Source of the DNA: Tubulanus polymorphus
Lineage: Eukaryota; Animalia; Nemertea
Assembly (NCBI RefSeq): GCF_964204645.1
Contig: NC_134030.1
Location: 14,694,110 to 14,758,109, forward strand
DNA: 64,000 nt
Direction: 5' to 3'
Part shown: positions 46,101 through 60,216 of the stretch, piece by piece
Layout: every line of letters starts with the position of its first letter
Position numbering within the stretch: the first letter of the stretch is position 1
Position numbers and translations under genes: made by a program
Notes under the pieces: generated by a model
The model's database searches: none
Told to the model about the DNA's origin: nothing
Seen by the model: only the letters and a program-made list of their open reading frames with translations

Positions 46101-47405
46101 ACAAGATTTTTAAGTCGGGGATGTCGTTTTAGTAATATCGTCAGATACACCAAGGGGTAAATGGCCTTAAAGGCGCGTTTCCAGGGAAAGACGGGCACGT
46201 TCGAGTAGTTAAGTTACAAGTGGGTAAAACAACATTACTTAGACCAATTGCAAAATTATGTCCGATGGAAACTACCGATTAGCAATTGTACATTATTATT
46301 GATTCATTTAAAAGGATTTAAATTACATGTATATTAATAACTAGAATTTAAAATTTGTATAACATGTGTAGAATTTATTTCATAGATATGTATATAATTG
46401 TATTTTAGCTTAATTGATTGTTGAAATTGTAGAATTAAAACCATGATAATCCTTAAGATTATCAGGAATAGAAGGGGAGAATGTTGAGAAGCGAACAAGT
46501 GTAATATGTAAAACTTTCATTGATTAAACTAATGACATTTTAATGCCTGCGCTACACTTCATCTAGACTTTCTGACGAATTCACATGATGATGAATGTTT
46601 AATATAATTATTGGTAGTAGGTTTTGAAGATAAAATGATAAGAATTTAGTATATTAGAGCAGTTCAAGAAGTCGAAATTTATACACATCCGCAGCAGTAA
46701 TAAAGCAGTACAGCAGATTTTAAGCAGAAAAAAGAAATCTTCTTGTGGTTAGTTTGTCGCATAGCCAAATTGATACCTAAGCATATTGTGTTACTATAAA
46801 AATTGGAAAGTTGTAGCCCATAACGTGTTCTATGATTTTCGTGAGTTTCAAGGTCATTGGTTTTTGTATATGGCCACCAGGGGCGTTGAATGATACAATA
46901 ACTTAGTATTTCTATAATTATATTTGTACCTATGCATATTTTGTTACCACAATCAATTGCAAAGTTGTAGCTCATGACATCATCCTATGATATTGGTGAG
47001 TTTTAAGGACATTAGTTATTTCATGTCACCAGGGTGCGTTGAATAGTAGAATAAATTAGTATTTCCTCATTAGATTGATACCTGTTTTGTGACCATGATC
47101 AATTGCAAAGTTGTAGTTCATGACATGTACTATGATTGTGGTGAGTTTCAAGGTCATTGGGTTTTGCATATGGTTACCAGGGGGCATCGGATAGTAGGGT
47201 TACTTTTCCATATTAAATTGGCATATTTTGTTATCACAATCAATTACAAAATTGTAGCTGCTGCCGTGTTTTATGATTGTGGTGAGTTTCAAGGTCATTA
47301 GATTTTTTCAAGGTCATTGGATGGGGCATTGAATATTAAAATTGTAAATTGTTGTGCATCTGAAACCACTAACCATTCGGGCATGGTGTCCCTGGACCCC
47401 TAGTT
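43155..47405 (+). mobile_element. HINE copy 3, interrupted by BEL/Pao element 2
   Basis: HINE sequence stops at 43733, resumes at 46768 and ends GTGTCCCTGGACCCCTAGTT. Confidence 0.8.
43734..46767 (+). mobile_element. BEL/Pao LTR retrotransposon 2, internally deleted
   Basis: About 285-bp LTRs (43734-44016 and 46482-46767, TG...CA). PBS TGGTAGCAGAG, complementary to initiator tRNA-Met. PPT GAAGGGGAGAA. Flanks GATTG/AATTG. Frameshifted gag is fused to the integrase C-half; RT and RNase H are absent. Confidence 0.92.
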
Positions 47406-48702
47406 TGAATTTCTTGAGGGAAATTTTAAAGACGCTTTGATCAATTACCTTGATCTTTCATATAAATTTGAATCCCCCAAGGGCCCATCAGCATGAGAAA
47501 AATTGGGTCAATCGGACTCAAGATGGCTGTCGTCCTATGACCTTTTTTGTGCCAAAAAATGTCAATTTTGTTCCGAATCTTGAGTCCTGTAGCTTCCTAC
47601 TGGTTTGCCAGTTTTCATTACAATTTGTGATGGCTATTTGGAAAAGGATCTTTTATACCTGAGAAAGGTATTTTTGATCAGCCAAAAATCATGCAATTGG
47701 CGGCCATCTTGGTGTCATTAGTGGTGTCATTTGTAGGTGGAAAAATTTTCCACATTGTATGGATACCTAAGTATATTTTGTTACCACAGTTAATTGGAAA
47801 CTTGTAGGTCATGAAGTGTTCTATGATTGTGGTGAGTTTCAAGGTCATCAATTTTAGCCCACTTGGGACTTTAGTCTCAGCGGGCTATTGCGTTCACTTT
47901 TCGTCCTGGATCCGTCTGCAGACGGAATCCAGTTATTATGGGAATGTATCTACCCTAGACACACCTTCAGCTCAAAAACTGGCCCTGTCAGATTCAAATG
48001 GCTGACTGGCAGCCATTGTTGTTCGCCAAATTCAGCACTTTTTCACATTTTTGAAATTTCCGAGGGAAATTTTGAAGAACGCTTCTATCAATTACCTTGA
48101 TCTTTCAGATATATTTGTATCGCACTCAAGATGGCTGTCCTGTGACCTTTTGGTGCCCAAAAATGGCCTGAATTCGGAGTCTTGTAATTTCCTAATGGTT
48201 TGCTATTTTTCATTGCAATTCGTGATGGGTATTCTTTGAAGAGAGATCTTTTATTCCTGAGACAGGTATTTTTGATCAGCCAATTATGACGCAATTGGCA
48301 GCCATCTTGGTGTCATCAGTACTCATTCGTAGGTGGAAAAAAGTTTTCCAAATTACATTGATACCTGAGCATATTTTGTCACCACAATCAATTGGAAAGT
48401 TGTAGCTCATAACTTGTTCTATGATTGTGGTGAGTTTTTCAAGGTCATTAGTTTTTGTATATGGCCAGCAGGGGGCATTGAACAATGCAATAACTTAGTA
48501 TTTCCATATTATAATTGTATCTATGCATATTTTGTAACCACAGTCAATTGAAAAAGTTGTAGCTTATGACATGTTCAATAATTGTGGTGAGTTTCAAGGT
48601 CATTAGTTATTCTATGTAGTCACCAGGGGGCGTCGAAAAGTAGAATAGCTTAGTATTTCTTCATTATATTGGTACCTAGACATATTTTGTTACCATGATC
48701 AA
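47406..48702 (+). mobile_element. HINE partial copies 4 and 5
   Basis: Internal fragment 47406-47850, then a new 5' end TTAGCCCACTTGGGA at about 47855. Confidence 0.8.
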
Positions 48703-50233
48703 ATGATAATTTATCATTGATAATCATTTAAACTATTATAGCTGAAGATGAGCACTGTATTTTTTGTTTGGTAGAACTTGTAATGAAACAGCGTCAATTC
48801 TTATAACCCGAAAATGCTAATGAGCAACCTATTTTCGCTTAAGTATAAGTCTAGGTCAATATTTTAGTTGAAATGTGGGGTTTAAAATGATCACTTAGGC
48901 CTATAGGTAGGCCTATAGGCTACACCGATTTTTTACGGTACCGGTATGTAAGCTTCCGTGGCCCTACCAGTGCTTCATCTAGCCAAAAATAGAGGGGCGG
49001 TTCGTCCCGCCCCAGAAAATAGCCGCCCTTGTGCCCTTCAGATGTGTCCCATGCTCGCTCTTGTGCCCTCATCACTTGCCTTAGGTTCGCCCTCCTGCCC
49101 TCGTCAGTCACGAGTAATGAGTCAGGGCTTTCAAAATAGGCTGTCGGCCATCGCATCCGAGTGTTAGTTAGAATCCTGCAACGGCTATGAAATAACTCGT
49201 ATGATATCAATGATAGTAGCTCATGTGATTAATGATTATATTTAAATATACTGCAGTCAGTCTGCATCTTGTGAAAACGTGTCTCAGACCTAGTTTTAGT
49301 TTCCAGGAAACTGGCTGCCTTCCAAACTGCCAATCATTCTAGCGACTGCCGTTGAAAGCTGGTAGTGTATATTCGATGGATTGTTTCGTTTAGAACACAT
49401 CGTGATGCTCTGGATCTTGTTATCTAGACTATTAGACAAATTTTATATACACAAGGTGAAAAACTTTGTTTGACGGACTCACAGAGAGACTCGCAGAGAC
49501 AATTAGTTTGAGTAGTCTAATAGCAATAATGTGTTCTTAAGCTGGCTGCTTACCAATTTTCAACAGTTACTTGCCAATCACTAGCACTTTCAATTTAAAT
49601 CAATTAATTTGATATTTCTAAGATTAAAAATATGCAATTTCATGTATACACTATTGCTGGCATTTTTCGCTGTATCATTTGCTTTTTGAGATTTCAAATC
49701 ATTTTGAAAGCCATGAGTCTATCATATTATTGAGTAACTTTTGTTCATTGACAGACATAGGTGTAAGGATGTACTGTGGTCAAGTGTTTCATGGCAAAAT
49801 TAGAGTTAAACATAATTCCCAGTCCTCAATCGTAGTAGGGGGGCTACCTCGATTCTATGCCATAGGGAACATTGCAGGTTGCCCCTAAAACAGATGTGAG
49901 TGCGTTTTATGTGCCCTTGGTCCAATGGAATCACGAAAAAAATGCCCTTATTTGAAATCAGCACCCTGCCCTTTTCACTGCCCTACAAAGGAAGACGTTG
50001 TCAAGACTTATGAAAGTATTCACATGTAAGTTTTATGGTGCAAATTTAGAGTTTGTCTACTTGGTAATCACATGTTACTTTGCATGGTAAATTCTTCTGT
50101 TACTTAGCTTTACTAGGCCTATAGGCCTACGTGACACCTTGACTGACCCTGGGGCCCTCTTTCATTTTCCCCAACTGTCCTATTTTTCTCGATGTGTTAA
50201 GGTCCATGGACCTCTTGGTATTTTATTCTGCAG

Positions 50234-50308
50234 TTGGTCGAATCATATTTGAACTATTCTCTGAAGCTTGTCCACGAACATGTGATAATTTTCGAGCTCT
50301 CTGCACTG
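50234..50308 (+). CDS. PPIG: Cyclophilin coding exon 2 (75 nt)
   Basis: ttctgcag| [26 protein letters not shown] |gtaag. Confidence 0.9.
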
Positions 50309-50399
50309 GTAAGTCGTACAATCTTATTATTGCAACAAATCAACAAAATGACAGCAGTTAGAGGCAGGGTGACTTTTAAATGTTTGTATTGTTATATAG

Positions 50400-50507
50400 G
50401 TGAACGCGGTTGCAGTACTTTAAGTGGTAAACCTCTGCATTATAAAGATGCACCATTTCACAGGATTGTGAAGAATTTTATGATACAAGGAGGTGACTTC
50501 ACAAATG
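50400..50507 (+). CDS. PPIG: Cyclophilin coding exon 3 (108 nt)
   Basis: atag| [36 protein letters not shown] |gtaag; divergent-loop cyclophilin with FHR and QGGDF motifs. Confidence 0.92.
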
Positions 50508-53387
50508 GTAAGAGTTCTGTCAGTGCTATTTCTTAGCCAACTTTGTGCAAAATCTCTGCAGGCTCTTGCATTCAATTTTCATCTGTCTCTCCGTCTGTTT
50601 GTAGACAACATCTAGTTTCATTGGGAAGTTTTCAACATGCTTGGTTGTTTGGTCTTGCTAATTGGTTCATGTATATACCTTGATGGTTGGAATCAAGATG
50701 GCCGATTCATTTCTGTTTTCCTAGTTAGATTATTTGAACCCTACAATAGGCCTATAACACCATGCAACTTCAGAGTGAATAGTGCTGTTTGCTGATGCTT
50801 CTGTGAACCTGACTCGGTTGTCCAGCCTCATATGCTATTATTCCAATTATTCCATTAATATTGGTAGGCCTATATAATTATAAATTCATTGATCCAGATA
50901 TAGAGTCTTGTGTAAATTTTGCTATCAGCCTTTTTGCTCAATTGCTGAACATGATTACGTCATTTTGGTTACTCTAACCCTTTATGACAAAATTTTTTAA
51001 ATTTCCAAGGAAAATATTTCCAACCAAATTTCCATCACTGAAGCCACCCAGCTAACAGTCCAACTTACAATTTTTCTTTGCCTGAAATTATTAGAAATAT
51101 TAATTTGATGATAGAAATTGGCATCATTGGGTTCATAATTCAGCTGATGTTATCGTTAAATTGATTTTGTTATTTATTTGATTTTGGAACTACATTTCGT
51201 TTCGGAAGAATGCATATGCGCCGTCATTTATATTCATGCTTCACACACGTGTGCGTCACACAGACTCGCTGCTATGAGGTTTATCGCTCTGTGCGTGTAT
51301 ATGAAAAATGCGCCTCGCGCTTGGCCTAGTTAAAGTTTTCCATGAAATTGCTTATGATTCAACTGCCAGGGTTCGTGGCGGCCAGCCGTGTAAAGCAGTG
51401 AATTTTATAGAATGGCAGGGCAATTGAGGAATGTGGAAGTGAATCTTGGAAATTTTTTCAATATATGAAAACAAATTGTCTAACAAACTACATACACAGT
51501 GTATGTAATGAATAAAACCGATCAGCATCCAGGCTCGTGGGTGGGTCTGGGTGCACTCCCCCAGAAAAATTTTGAACTCTAGGGGCTTGGAAACGCTATT
51601 TCCAAGGATTTTTCATCTTTGAATGCTGGATACTTATACTTACTTTCTATTTTACAAGTTATTGGGAAATCAATAAACTTTCTACAATTTTGCGAGTGCT
51701 ATTGAATAAGACTTAGGTGCGCTGTGAGTAGCGCTTCTACGAGATATTTTACGTGCGCGTAGTCGCGCCTCAAAATCTAACCCCTGCATGCGGCGCTGTT
51801 GTCATCACATTCCATTGTTGTTACGGTTTCTGCATTTAGCTGCCAAAACATCTGCATTCGATCCGATGAAAATAGATAATATATTATGTCTGAATTCGCA
51901 TCATTTCATCAACGACGTTGAAGGAACTGCAAGATGAGCTTCGATTATTTGGAGCGAAGGTATCTGGTGGAAAGCAAGAGCTTTGTGAGAGGTAAAACTC
52001 GAAAAATCTCAATCGCATATTACTTCCGGGTTTGTCCTGGCCGATTTCATCCTAATAGCCTGAATCAAATTAACGTGCATCTGATATTCTATACCCATCT
52101 ATGGTTCATGTGTCATAGTATGACCATCTATAGTCAACTCTTGATTTTTTAAGAGTGGCCTCTGTATGAAATAGCTTATTAGAGGGTAAAACCAAGGTTG
52201 TACAACTATTAACCACACTCACAGTCTACTCTTAATACATAATCATGAATGGTAGGCCTATAGGCCTACAGGCTGTGTGATAGAATCAATGATGGTGCAG
52301 AAGTAAAAGTCATTGTAATCACTTGCGGCCACATCGGAAAGATATTTGAAGATATTTAGGCTAATTCATTCTTTAAGTCTCATATTATTCTGAAATGACT
52401 GATCTGGTACCGATGATCAAAATGGAACGGATTAGAGAGTAACTAGGGCAGTTCAACAAGGAATTTGATGAAAAAATAAAGGATTTATATTTTCAAAGGT
52501 AAAAATAATCTTCCTAGTTTTTCTGTAGGTGGTTTTCAAAATTTTCGATTGAGAGTATGATGGAATGTGTATGAATTATTATGTGTATGATGTTTTAAAA
52601 TATCAATTTCTATACGGAAAAGAACTTCGATGTATTTTTTGTCGGTAATGTGGACTGAAATGAAAAAGGTTTCCTACAAAATAGATGTTCTGGTAGATGA
52701 CTGCGGTGTGGTAGATGAAGCGCAATGTGAATGTGGAGCTGGCAAGGGCCCGAATGCCCATTGCAAGCATGTGACTACTGTACTTTATGCGGTATACAAA
52801 TTGAAACAAGACAAGAAAATAGTAACTGAAATGACACGCACTCAGGTAAAGTTGCAAAAAATATTTGATTTGGTTCTAACTAGACCAGTACATTTGAGTT
52901 TTCATCATGTAGAAAAAATTTCTAACAAAATTGTTAAAATTAAAATAAACCATGGGAAACCTATAAATGGCAAACGTTTGATTGGACTAGGTGCCATAAA
53001 CGTGCAAATTCCAAATGCTCATTGCTGGTGAGAATATAATTATTTCACATATACGCCATAGGTATTGTTTCATTTTTGGCGAACCGTAGGTTGGCCTATG
53101 CAAACGGTCTGATGAAGCAGTTTTCATTGAAAATGAATAGATTAGCGGTGTGTCAACAAGGCACAAACATTGGCCATTGAACAAATAGTGTTGATTTTTG
53201 GCTTAATGAGTTCTCAAGCCCAAAAAAATTTCATAGTGATCGAGTTATTTTTAGGGGACTTATTCTTGAAAAACATGCAAAAACCCTACTTTTTAGCACG
53301 AAGTAATGGCACGTCTTTACATATGACAATTTGCATGCTTGGAATTGAAATATATAAAAGTTCAATCCTTCCTGGAAGTGTTGCCGT

Positions 53388-54288
53388 TTTAGCCCACTTG
53401 GGACTTTAGTCCCAGCGGGCTATTGCGTTCACTTTTCGTTCGTCCGTCCGTCTGTGTTTAGACAGAATCCAGTTATTTTGGGAAGTTCTAAAGACGCTTT
53501 AAGGTAATGTCTTGATATTTGGTTTATACATGTATCTACCCTAGACACATCTTCAGCCCAAATAGTGGCCCTGTCAGAATCAAGATGGCTGACTGGCAGC
53601 CATTGTTGTTCGTCAAAATCAGCACTTCTTACACTTTTTGAACTTTTTGAGGGAAATTTTGAAGACGCCTAAATCAATTACCTTGATCTTTCGTATATAT
53701 TTGAATCCCCCAAGGGACCATCACCATAAGAAAAATTGGGTCGATTGGACTCAATGTGGCCGTCCTATGACCTTTTTAGTGCCCAAAAATGTCAATTTTG
53801 GCCCAAATTCTGAGTCCTGTAGCTTCCTACTGGATTGCCATTTCTCATTGCAATTTGTGAAGGGTATTCTTTGGATAGGGATGTTTTATACCTGAGCCAG
53901 GTATTTTTGATCGGCCAATTATGACGCAATTGGCGGCCATCTTGGTATCATCAGTACTCATTTGTAGGTGGGAAAAAGTTTTTCCACATTATATTGATAC
54001 CTAAGCATATTTTGTTACCACCATCGATTGCAAAGTTGTAGCTCATGACATTGTCTATGATTGTGGTGAGTTTTAAGGACATTAGTTATTTTATATGGTC
54101 ACCAGGGGGCGTTGAATAGTAGAATAACTTAGTATTTCCATATCAAATTGGTAACGAGGCATATTTTGTTATCACGATCAATTACTAAATTGTAGCTGCT
54201 GACATGTTCTATGATTGAAGTGAGTTTGAAGGTCATTAGTTTTTGTATATGGTCACCAGGGGGCATTGAATATTGAAATTGTTAGATT
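53388..54288 (+). mobile_element. HINE copy 6 (3' truncated)
   Basis: Same 5' end and internal repeats as copy 1. Confidence 0.85.
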
Positions 54289-55004
54289 CAACTAGGTATC
54301 GTACCTTTGCTTATAATTTGTTCGTTGTCACGATTATAAGGGAGTAGGCTATTTAATTCAGTATATGAACTAGCAAGTATGACGATACCAATGGCAGGGT
54401 TCCTAGCGGATCTTATTTGTATATTTAGGAAAAAGATCATAGCCGGTATTTGTTTGATTTCTAGAAAAAAAGTCTGTATATGTTTGTATTTTTTGACATT
54501 TTGTTGATGGAAGTATTCTGGCTTGTGAAATTGCGGTCAATCTAATACTGCGTCGCTAGTACATTTATATATACGCGCATCAGCAGTCAGCCGCATGTGT
54601 GGGAATATAGGTTACAGTATATGGATGTGTGTGTTAGTAATCACCTGAGCGAGTCTATATATAGCACAGTGACTCGGCAATGATAGTATACACAGCACTC
54701 TCACACATCCGCAGGCGCATATTGTCAGCCTCATACATCTTCAATCGAAATTTTAATTTATATTTAGTATAATATTTTTGACAATATATACACTCAATGA
54801 TTTAATTGTGAGCCACAGGGCCATTGGACCGTTATAATCCCTGGGGATTGTTTTGATTGTCATTGAAGTGTAAGAGAACATTCACTTACAGATAAGGCCT
54901 CCATGTGCACTCAGAGTGCTCGCACACTTGTACAGTATACACTACTAGTGATACTGTAACGCTGCTTGCTGGCGCGTGCACGTTTGACATGAAAATACGC
55001 TTTA

Positions 55005-55541
55005 GGCCATCCCAAACTAATTGTCTGTTTGCCTTAACACCGACTCAAGTTTTCAGGATGAGTCGGTAGGTAGGTAGAAATTTTTTTTTGCAAAACTTTT
55101 GAGCAAAAAAAACAAATTTATCACCTTTTCTTACATGGAAACAATATCACAAACTTGCGTTTTGCACGGGAAATTTGTGTTTAGCCTAGATTTCAAGAAA
55201 AATTCTAAAATTATAACTTCGTCCAGAGCGTCATCTCTGTGTTCAATGAAATAGTACATTGAAATAGTACATTGAATATATGCGCGCTGTTACGTTACCA
55301 GCTTAAATGTAGTCATCAAGAATGAGTGGCAGCTTATTGGAACACTGCCAGTTTCCTGAAAAACTTTAACTAGGCCACACGTCAAGGCATGTTTTCACAC
55401 TTCAAACATACATAGCTCAAACATTGGCAGTGGGTCGACCGTTTTTATTTGAAAAAAATTGATTTCAATGATACCCAGAAAAAAGTTTTTGAAGTCGAGT
55501 CAGTCGGGTTACGGCAAACAGACCATTATTTTGGGATGGCC
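55005..55541. mobile_element. PIF/Harbinger-like MITE
   Basis: TTA|GGCCATCCCAAA...TTTGGGATGGCC|TTA; about 40-bp TIR and 3-bp TTA TSD. Confidence 0.8.
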
Positions 55542-56691
55542 TTATGAATAATCATTTAAACTTTTATAGCAGAAGATGAGCGCTGTGTTTCCTGTTTTAT
55601 AGAATTTGTAATAAATTGTAATTTCTTGTGACCTGAAAATACTAAGCAGCAAACTAGGTCTAGGTCTGAATATTAAAATCCAGGATTTATAACGATCTAC
55701 TTACATACGCCAATTTTTTAAGGTACCGGTATTTTAGCTTCCGCAGCCATACATTGGAAGAGATTTCCAAGACTCAATATTCAGTCACCCTCTGATTGGT
55801 TACCCCTGCCGCGCCTATATGTACCCTATGAAATGTTGTATGTGGACCGTAAACAATGTATATCTTTGGTCTTATTTGACGACAAAATAATTCTTTGAGA
55901 AAGATAAAATACAATATAAACTTATAGAACTTTGAAGCACGAACGAGATTTTTCATAAGTAATGCCCTTGCTGTAAACAACCTCTAGCTTTTTCAAGGTA
56001 AACCACACTTTGCCCATGGGCAATTTGTTTATTTTGTATTTTAGATTCTTCAGACATTTCACCTTGCAAAACCCCACTTAGAAAGTCATGTTACACTTAG
56101 AAGTCTACATCTACTGCTAAAACCAAAATCGCCAGCTGCTATAGATTATGACCTGCGGAAAGAGAGAGACAGAAATTTGGAAGGATACTATACTCATTTG
56201 AGGAATATATGCGTTAAGCATCAGGATGACAAAGGAGCAAACCGTATATTGCCTAGGTGGGCTTTATTATTAATTAAGTCAGGAGGTTTACGTAAGTAGG
56301 GTCTAGAATTCATTTTCTTAAGAAAAACTTGGCCAATTACAATTTGTATCATTTCATTTTTAACAGGCTTCTTATGGAGGTAATATACCAATCATGCATC
56401 TCAACCTGAAAATCCTCATGCTATACTACTCGACCACGACTACTTGAAATTAAGTCCCATTGACAAGTTCTTTGCAGATCAAAAGGTAACTGTATTTTCA
56501 TGGGCTTGCATGCTTGCGAGCCCATATTGCTATCACACAGATTGATAACTTGCTTGGGGAGTCGATTTCGTTCGTTAGAACCTTTCTTGGGCTCAGATAT
56601 TTACACACATTTAATGCAGTAACAAAATCTAGGTTCCTTTCGTGTATTGGCTATAACGGTTGTCGTTTTCATTGTTTTATGATTTTGTTTA

Positions 56692-57065
56692 ATTAGGGTT
56701 TTCTGTTACATCACAGATGTGAGATTCGCGGGTTTCTTATTAGGGTTTCTGCTGCCTCGGCAGAAACCCTATTGGATTCCTGCTGATTATTATTAGGGTT
56801 TTCTGTTACATCACAGAAAACCCTATTGAGATTCGCGTGTTTCTTATTATTATTATTATTAGGGTTTTCTGTTACATCACAGAAAACCCTATTGAGATTC
56901 GCGTGTTTCTTCTTATTATTATTTTATGTCACACTATTTTCACTAAAAGAACTAAGGCTTTGTTACCTTGCCGCTGTTGTCGATACAATCCGCATGATAT
57001 CGTTCAGCTCACTGAGATCTACAAATACTCATGATGTCTGAAAAACATGACTAGCAACTCCGCTT
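56692..57065 (+). mobile_element. Tandemly iterated 5' ends of a second Helentron/HINE-like family
   Basis: Repeated ATTAGGGTTTTCTG..CAGAAAACCCTATT palindrome followed by (ATT)n. Confidence 0.55.
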
Positions 57066-57099
57066 TCAGGTTTAAAGTTTTTTACATCTAATTTATGCT

Positions 57100-57915
57100 C
57101 TTTTATGCGTTAACTTTAAATACAATAATAAACTTAGTAACACATTGATTAATAACAAACCGAAAACCGAATCCCTAAACTGTGGAATTTATAAAATACC
57201 TTGTAAAGTTTGCGACAAAGTATATATAGGAGAAACAGGTCGGAACCTTAATCAACGCATAAAAGAGCATAAATTAGATGCTAGTCATGTTTTTCAGACT
57301 TCACACAATTTTGATTTTGCTAATGCTGAATTAATTTACCCTTGCAGCGATAAAACTAGAAGACATATTTTGGAATCTGCATTAATTATTGAAAATTCGA
57401 ACAACGTTGTAAACCTTAACAATGGTTTTTCACCCCATAATAAACTTATATCAAAATTCCTCTGTAAACTGGTTAAACTCAACACTTGATTTCCCCTTTG
57501 ATTATTTGTTATTTGTTCTCTCATCAATTTCGTCTCTGACTTAACTTGTATTCACCTTTGTTTTAATTTAAGTGCCCCCTAGTTTGTCTTTCTTTTTACT
57601 ACTGACTTTAAGTTTCATTTATATTTATACTCACTATTGTTGTTTATAATTACCCCTTAGTTTGCTTCCCTTTAATCTATTTTAGCGTGTTACTGTTTCT
57701 ACGTTAATTTTCCTTTAGTTTGTATCATCTCTGATTACTTGAATTAGTTTCTTTGTCTCTGGATTGTATATATATATCTCATAATTTCTGTAGTATCTCA
57801 TTATTCCTGAAGATGACTATTAGGATATAGTCGAAACGTTGAAATAAACTACTATCTCGAAGTTAACCATTTTCAGACTTTTTATTATCATTGTGGGATT
57901 CTCTCCTCATCGCGT
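57100..57915 (+). mobile_element. Penelope-like retroelement 3' end (GIY-YIG endonuclease plus 3' repeat)
   Basis: GIYKIPCKVCDKVYIGETGRNLNQRIKEH...RHILESALI...LN in ORF 57145-57489; T-rich tail; hammerhead-like motif. Confidence 0.9.
57801..57848 (+). ncRNA. Minimal type I hammerhead ribozyme-like motif of the Penelope repeat
   Basis: TTATTC-CTGAAGA-T-GACTAT(taggat)ATAGTC-GAAACGTT-GAAATAA: CUGANGA box, 6-bp stem II, GAAA box and palindromic AACGTT stem III. Confidence 0.65.
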
Positions 57916-58965
57916 CAACACGGATATAGTGTTCTACCAATCGTGATCAGTCCGGATGTTAGGCCTACGCATATACATAGGCCTACATAGGCTAGTAGCC
58001 ACTACTAGGTTAAAGCTAAGTTCACTGTATAGGAGGAACCAGATTTATTAAAATGCATGTTAATTAGTGATTTACTGGTTCTGACTTGCGACGATCAATC
58101 ACAATTATCTATTTTATTGGCAAAAATGAAGATTTTTTTGAAAATTTCGTCTGAGCAGACAGCTTTATAAGCCAGACTTTTCATTTGAGTTTTTTCATCA
58201 TAAATGAAACTGGTATTTCTTTAATTCCTATGACTTACGCCGGGGGTGGGTCGGCCTTGCAGCGGCTTGTGACTCACTGCGAGGCCATTCACTGCGACCG
58301 CCAGCGACGATTGTGTCGCAACGACTCATCGCCCAAAGCTCCCTTGCGACTACTTTCTGTGATGCGACGCGACACGACTGTCACAACCGACCTACGTGCT
58401 CTTGCAACTGGCAGAAACTAGTCGCACACAGTCGCTGACAATTGTATCGCAACCGAAACTTGCGATGCAACGCAAGGATCGCATCTCGTCGCAAGGCCGA
58501 CCTACGTCCGACTTTAAGTTACTGCGGAGCCCCAGAAATATCTTTTTTTTCGTTCAAAAGACCTTTCGCTTGAAAATTCTTTCGTCGGAACAAAATTTAT
58601 TTCGTTCGAACCAATAATATTCTGTTCGATTGAACTAATTTGAAAAAAATCGTCAGAACAAAGTTGAAGAAACTTTTTTTGTCCAAACGAAAGGTTTTTC
58701 GTTCCAACAATTGTTCGATCGAACAGAATCTTTTTAATTTGGACTGAATATTCTTGTCAGAACATTAAGTTTTTCGTTCGAACAAGTATATTGTAAAAAG
58801 TTTTTTCTCCGAACCAAAAGTATTAGGTATTTCGTTCAATCGAACAGAATTGTTTTCATTCAAACAATCGTTCGAAAAAATTGTTTTCGCTCAACCCAAC
58901 TTTTTTGCCGGGACGAAAAGTTTTTCATTTCAACAGTAACATAGGTTTTTATTCGAACACATCTT

Positions 58966-60216
58966 TAGGCCACTTGGGACTTTAGTCCTAGCGGGCTATT
59001 GCGTTCACTTTTCGTCCGTCCTCCGTCCGTCCGTAGTCTGAATCCAGTTATTTTTGGAAGTTTTGAAGACGCTTCAATGTAATGTCTTGATATTTAGGTT
59101 ACACATGTATCTACCCTAGACACATCTTCAGCCCACAAACTGGCCCTGTCAGAATCAAGATGGCTGACTGGCAGCCATTGATGTTTGCCAAAATCAGAAC
59201 TTTTTATACGTTTTTGAACTTTTTTGAGGGAAATTTTGAAGAAGCTTTGATCACTTAACTTGATCTTTTGTATATATTTGAATCCCCCAGGGCCCATGAG
59301 CATAACAAAAATTGGGTCGATCGAACTTAAGATGGCCGTCCTGTGACCTTTTTAGTGCCCGAAAATGTCAATTTTGGCCCGAATTCTGAGTCCTGTAGCT
59401 TCCTACTGGTCTGCCATTTCTCATTGCAATTGCTGATGGGTATTTTTGGAAAGAGATGTTTTATAGCTGAGATAGGCATTTTTGATCAACCAATTATGAC
59501 GCAATTGGCGGCCATCTTGGTGTTATCGGTACTCATTCGTAGGTGGGAATAAGTTTGTCGACATTATATTGATACCTAAGCATATTTTGTTACCGCAATG
59601 AATGAGAAAGTTGTAGCTTATAAGGTGTTCTATGATTGTAGTGAGTTTCAAGGTCATTAGTTTTTGTATATGGCCACAAGGGGGCGTTGAATAAGATAAT
59701 ATATTAGTATTTCTATATTATATTTGTACCAATGCATATTTTGTTACTACAATCAATTGCAAAGTTGTAGCTCATGACATCGCCTATGATTGTTGTCCGT
59801 TTTAAGGACATTAGTTATTCTATATGGTCACCAGGGGCATTGAATAGTAGAATAACTTAGTATTTCCTTATTATATTGGTGCCTAGGCATATTTTGTTAA
59901 CGTGATCAATTGCAAAGTTGTAGTTCATGACATGTTCTATGATTGTGGCGAGTTTCAAGGTCAATGGGTCTGAATATGGTCACTAGGGGGTGTTGAATTG
60001 TAGAATAACTTAGTATTTCCATATTAAATTGGTAACGAGGCATATTTTGTTGTCACAATCAATTACAAAATCGTAGCAAATGACGTGTTCTATGATTGCG
60101 GTGAGTTTCAAGGTCATTGGATTTTGTATATGGTCACCAGGGGACGTTGAATATTGAAATTGTTGAGCATTCGCAACCACTTCCCAAGTGGGCATGGTGT
60201 CTCTGGACCCCTAGTT
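58966..60216 (+). mobile_element. HINE full-length copy 7
   Basis: Both termini and four internal repeats present. Confidence 0.85.

Noticed and set aside
50234-50536. Single-exon 100-aa ORF from the track
   Set aside because: It spans two cyclophilin exons in different frames plus a 91-bp GT-AG intron.
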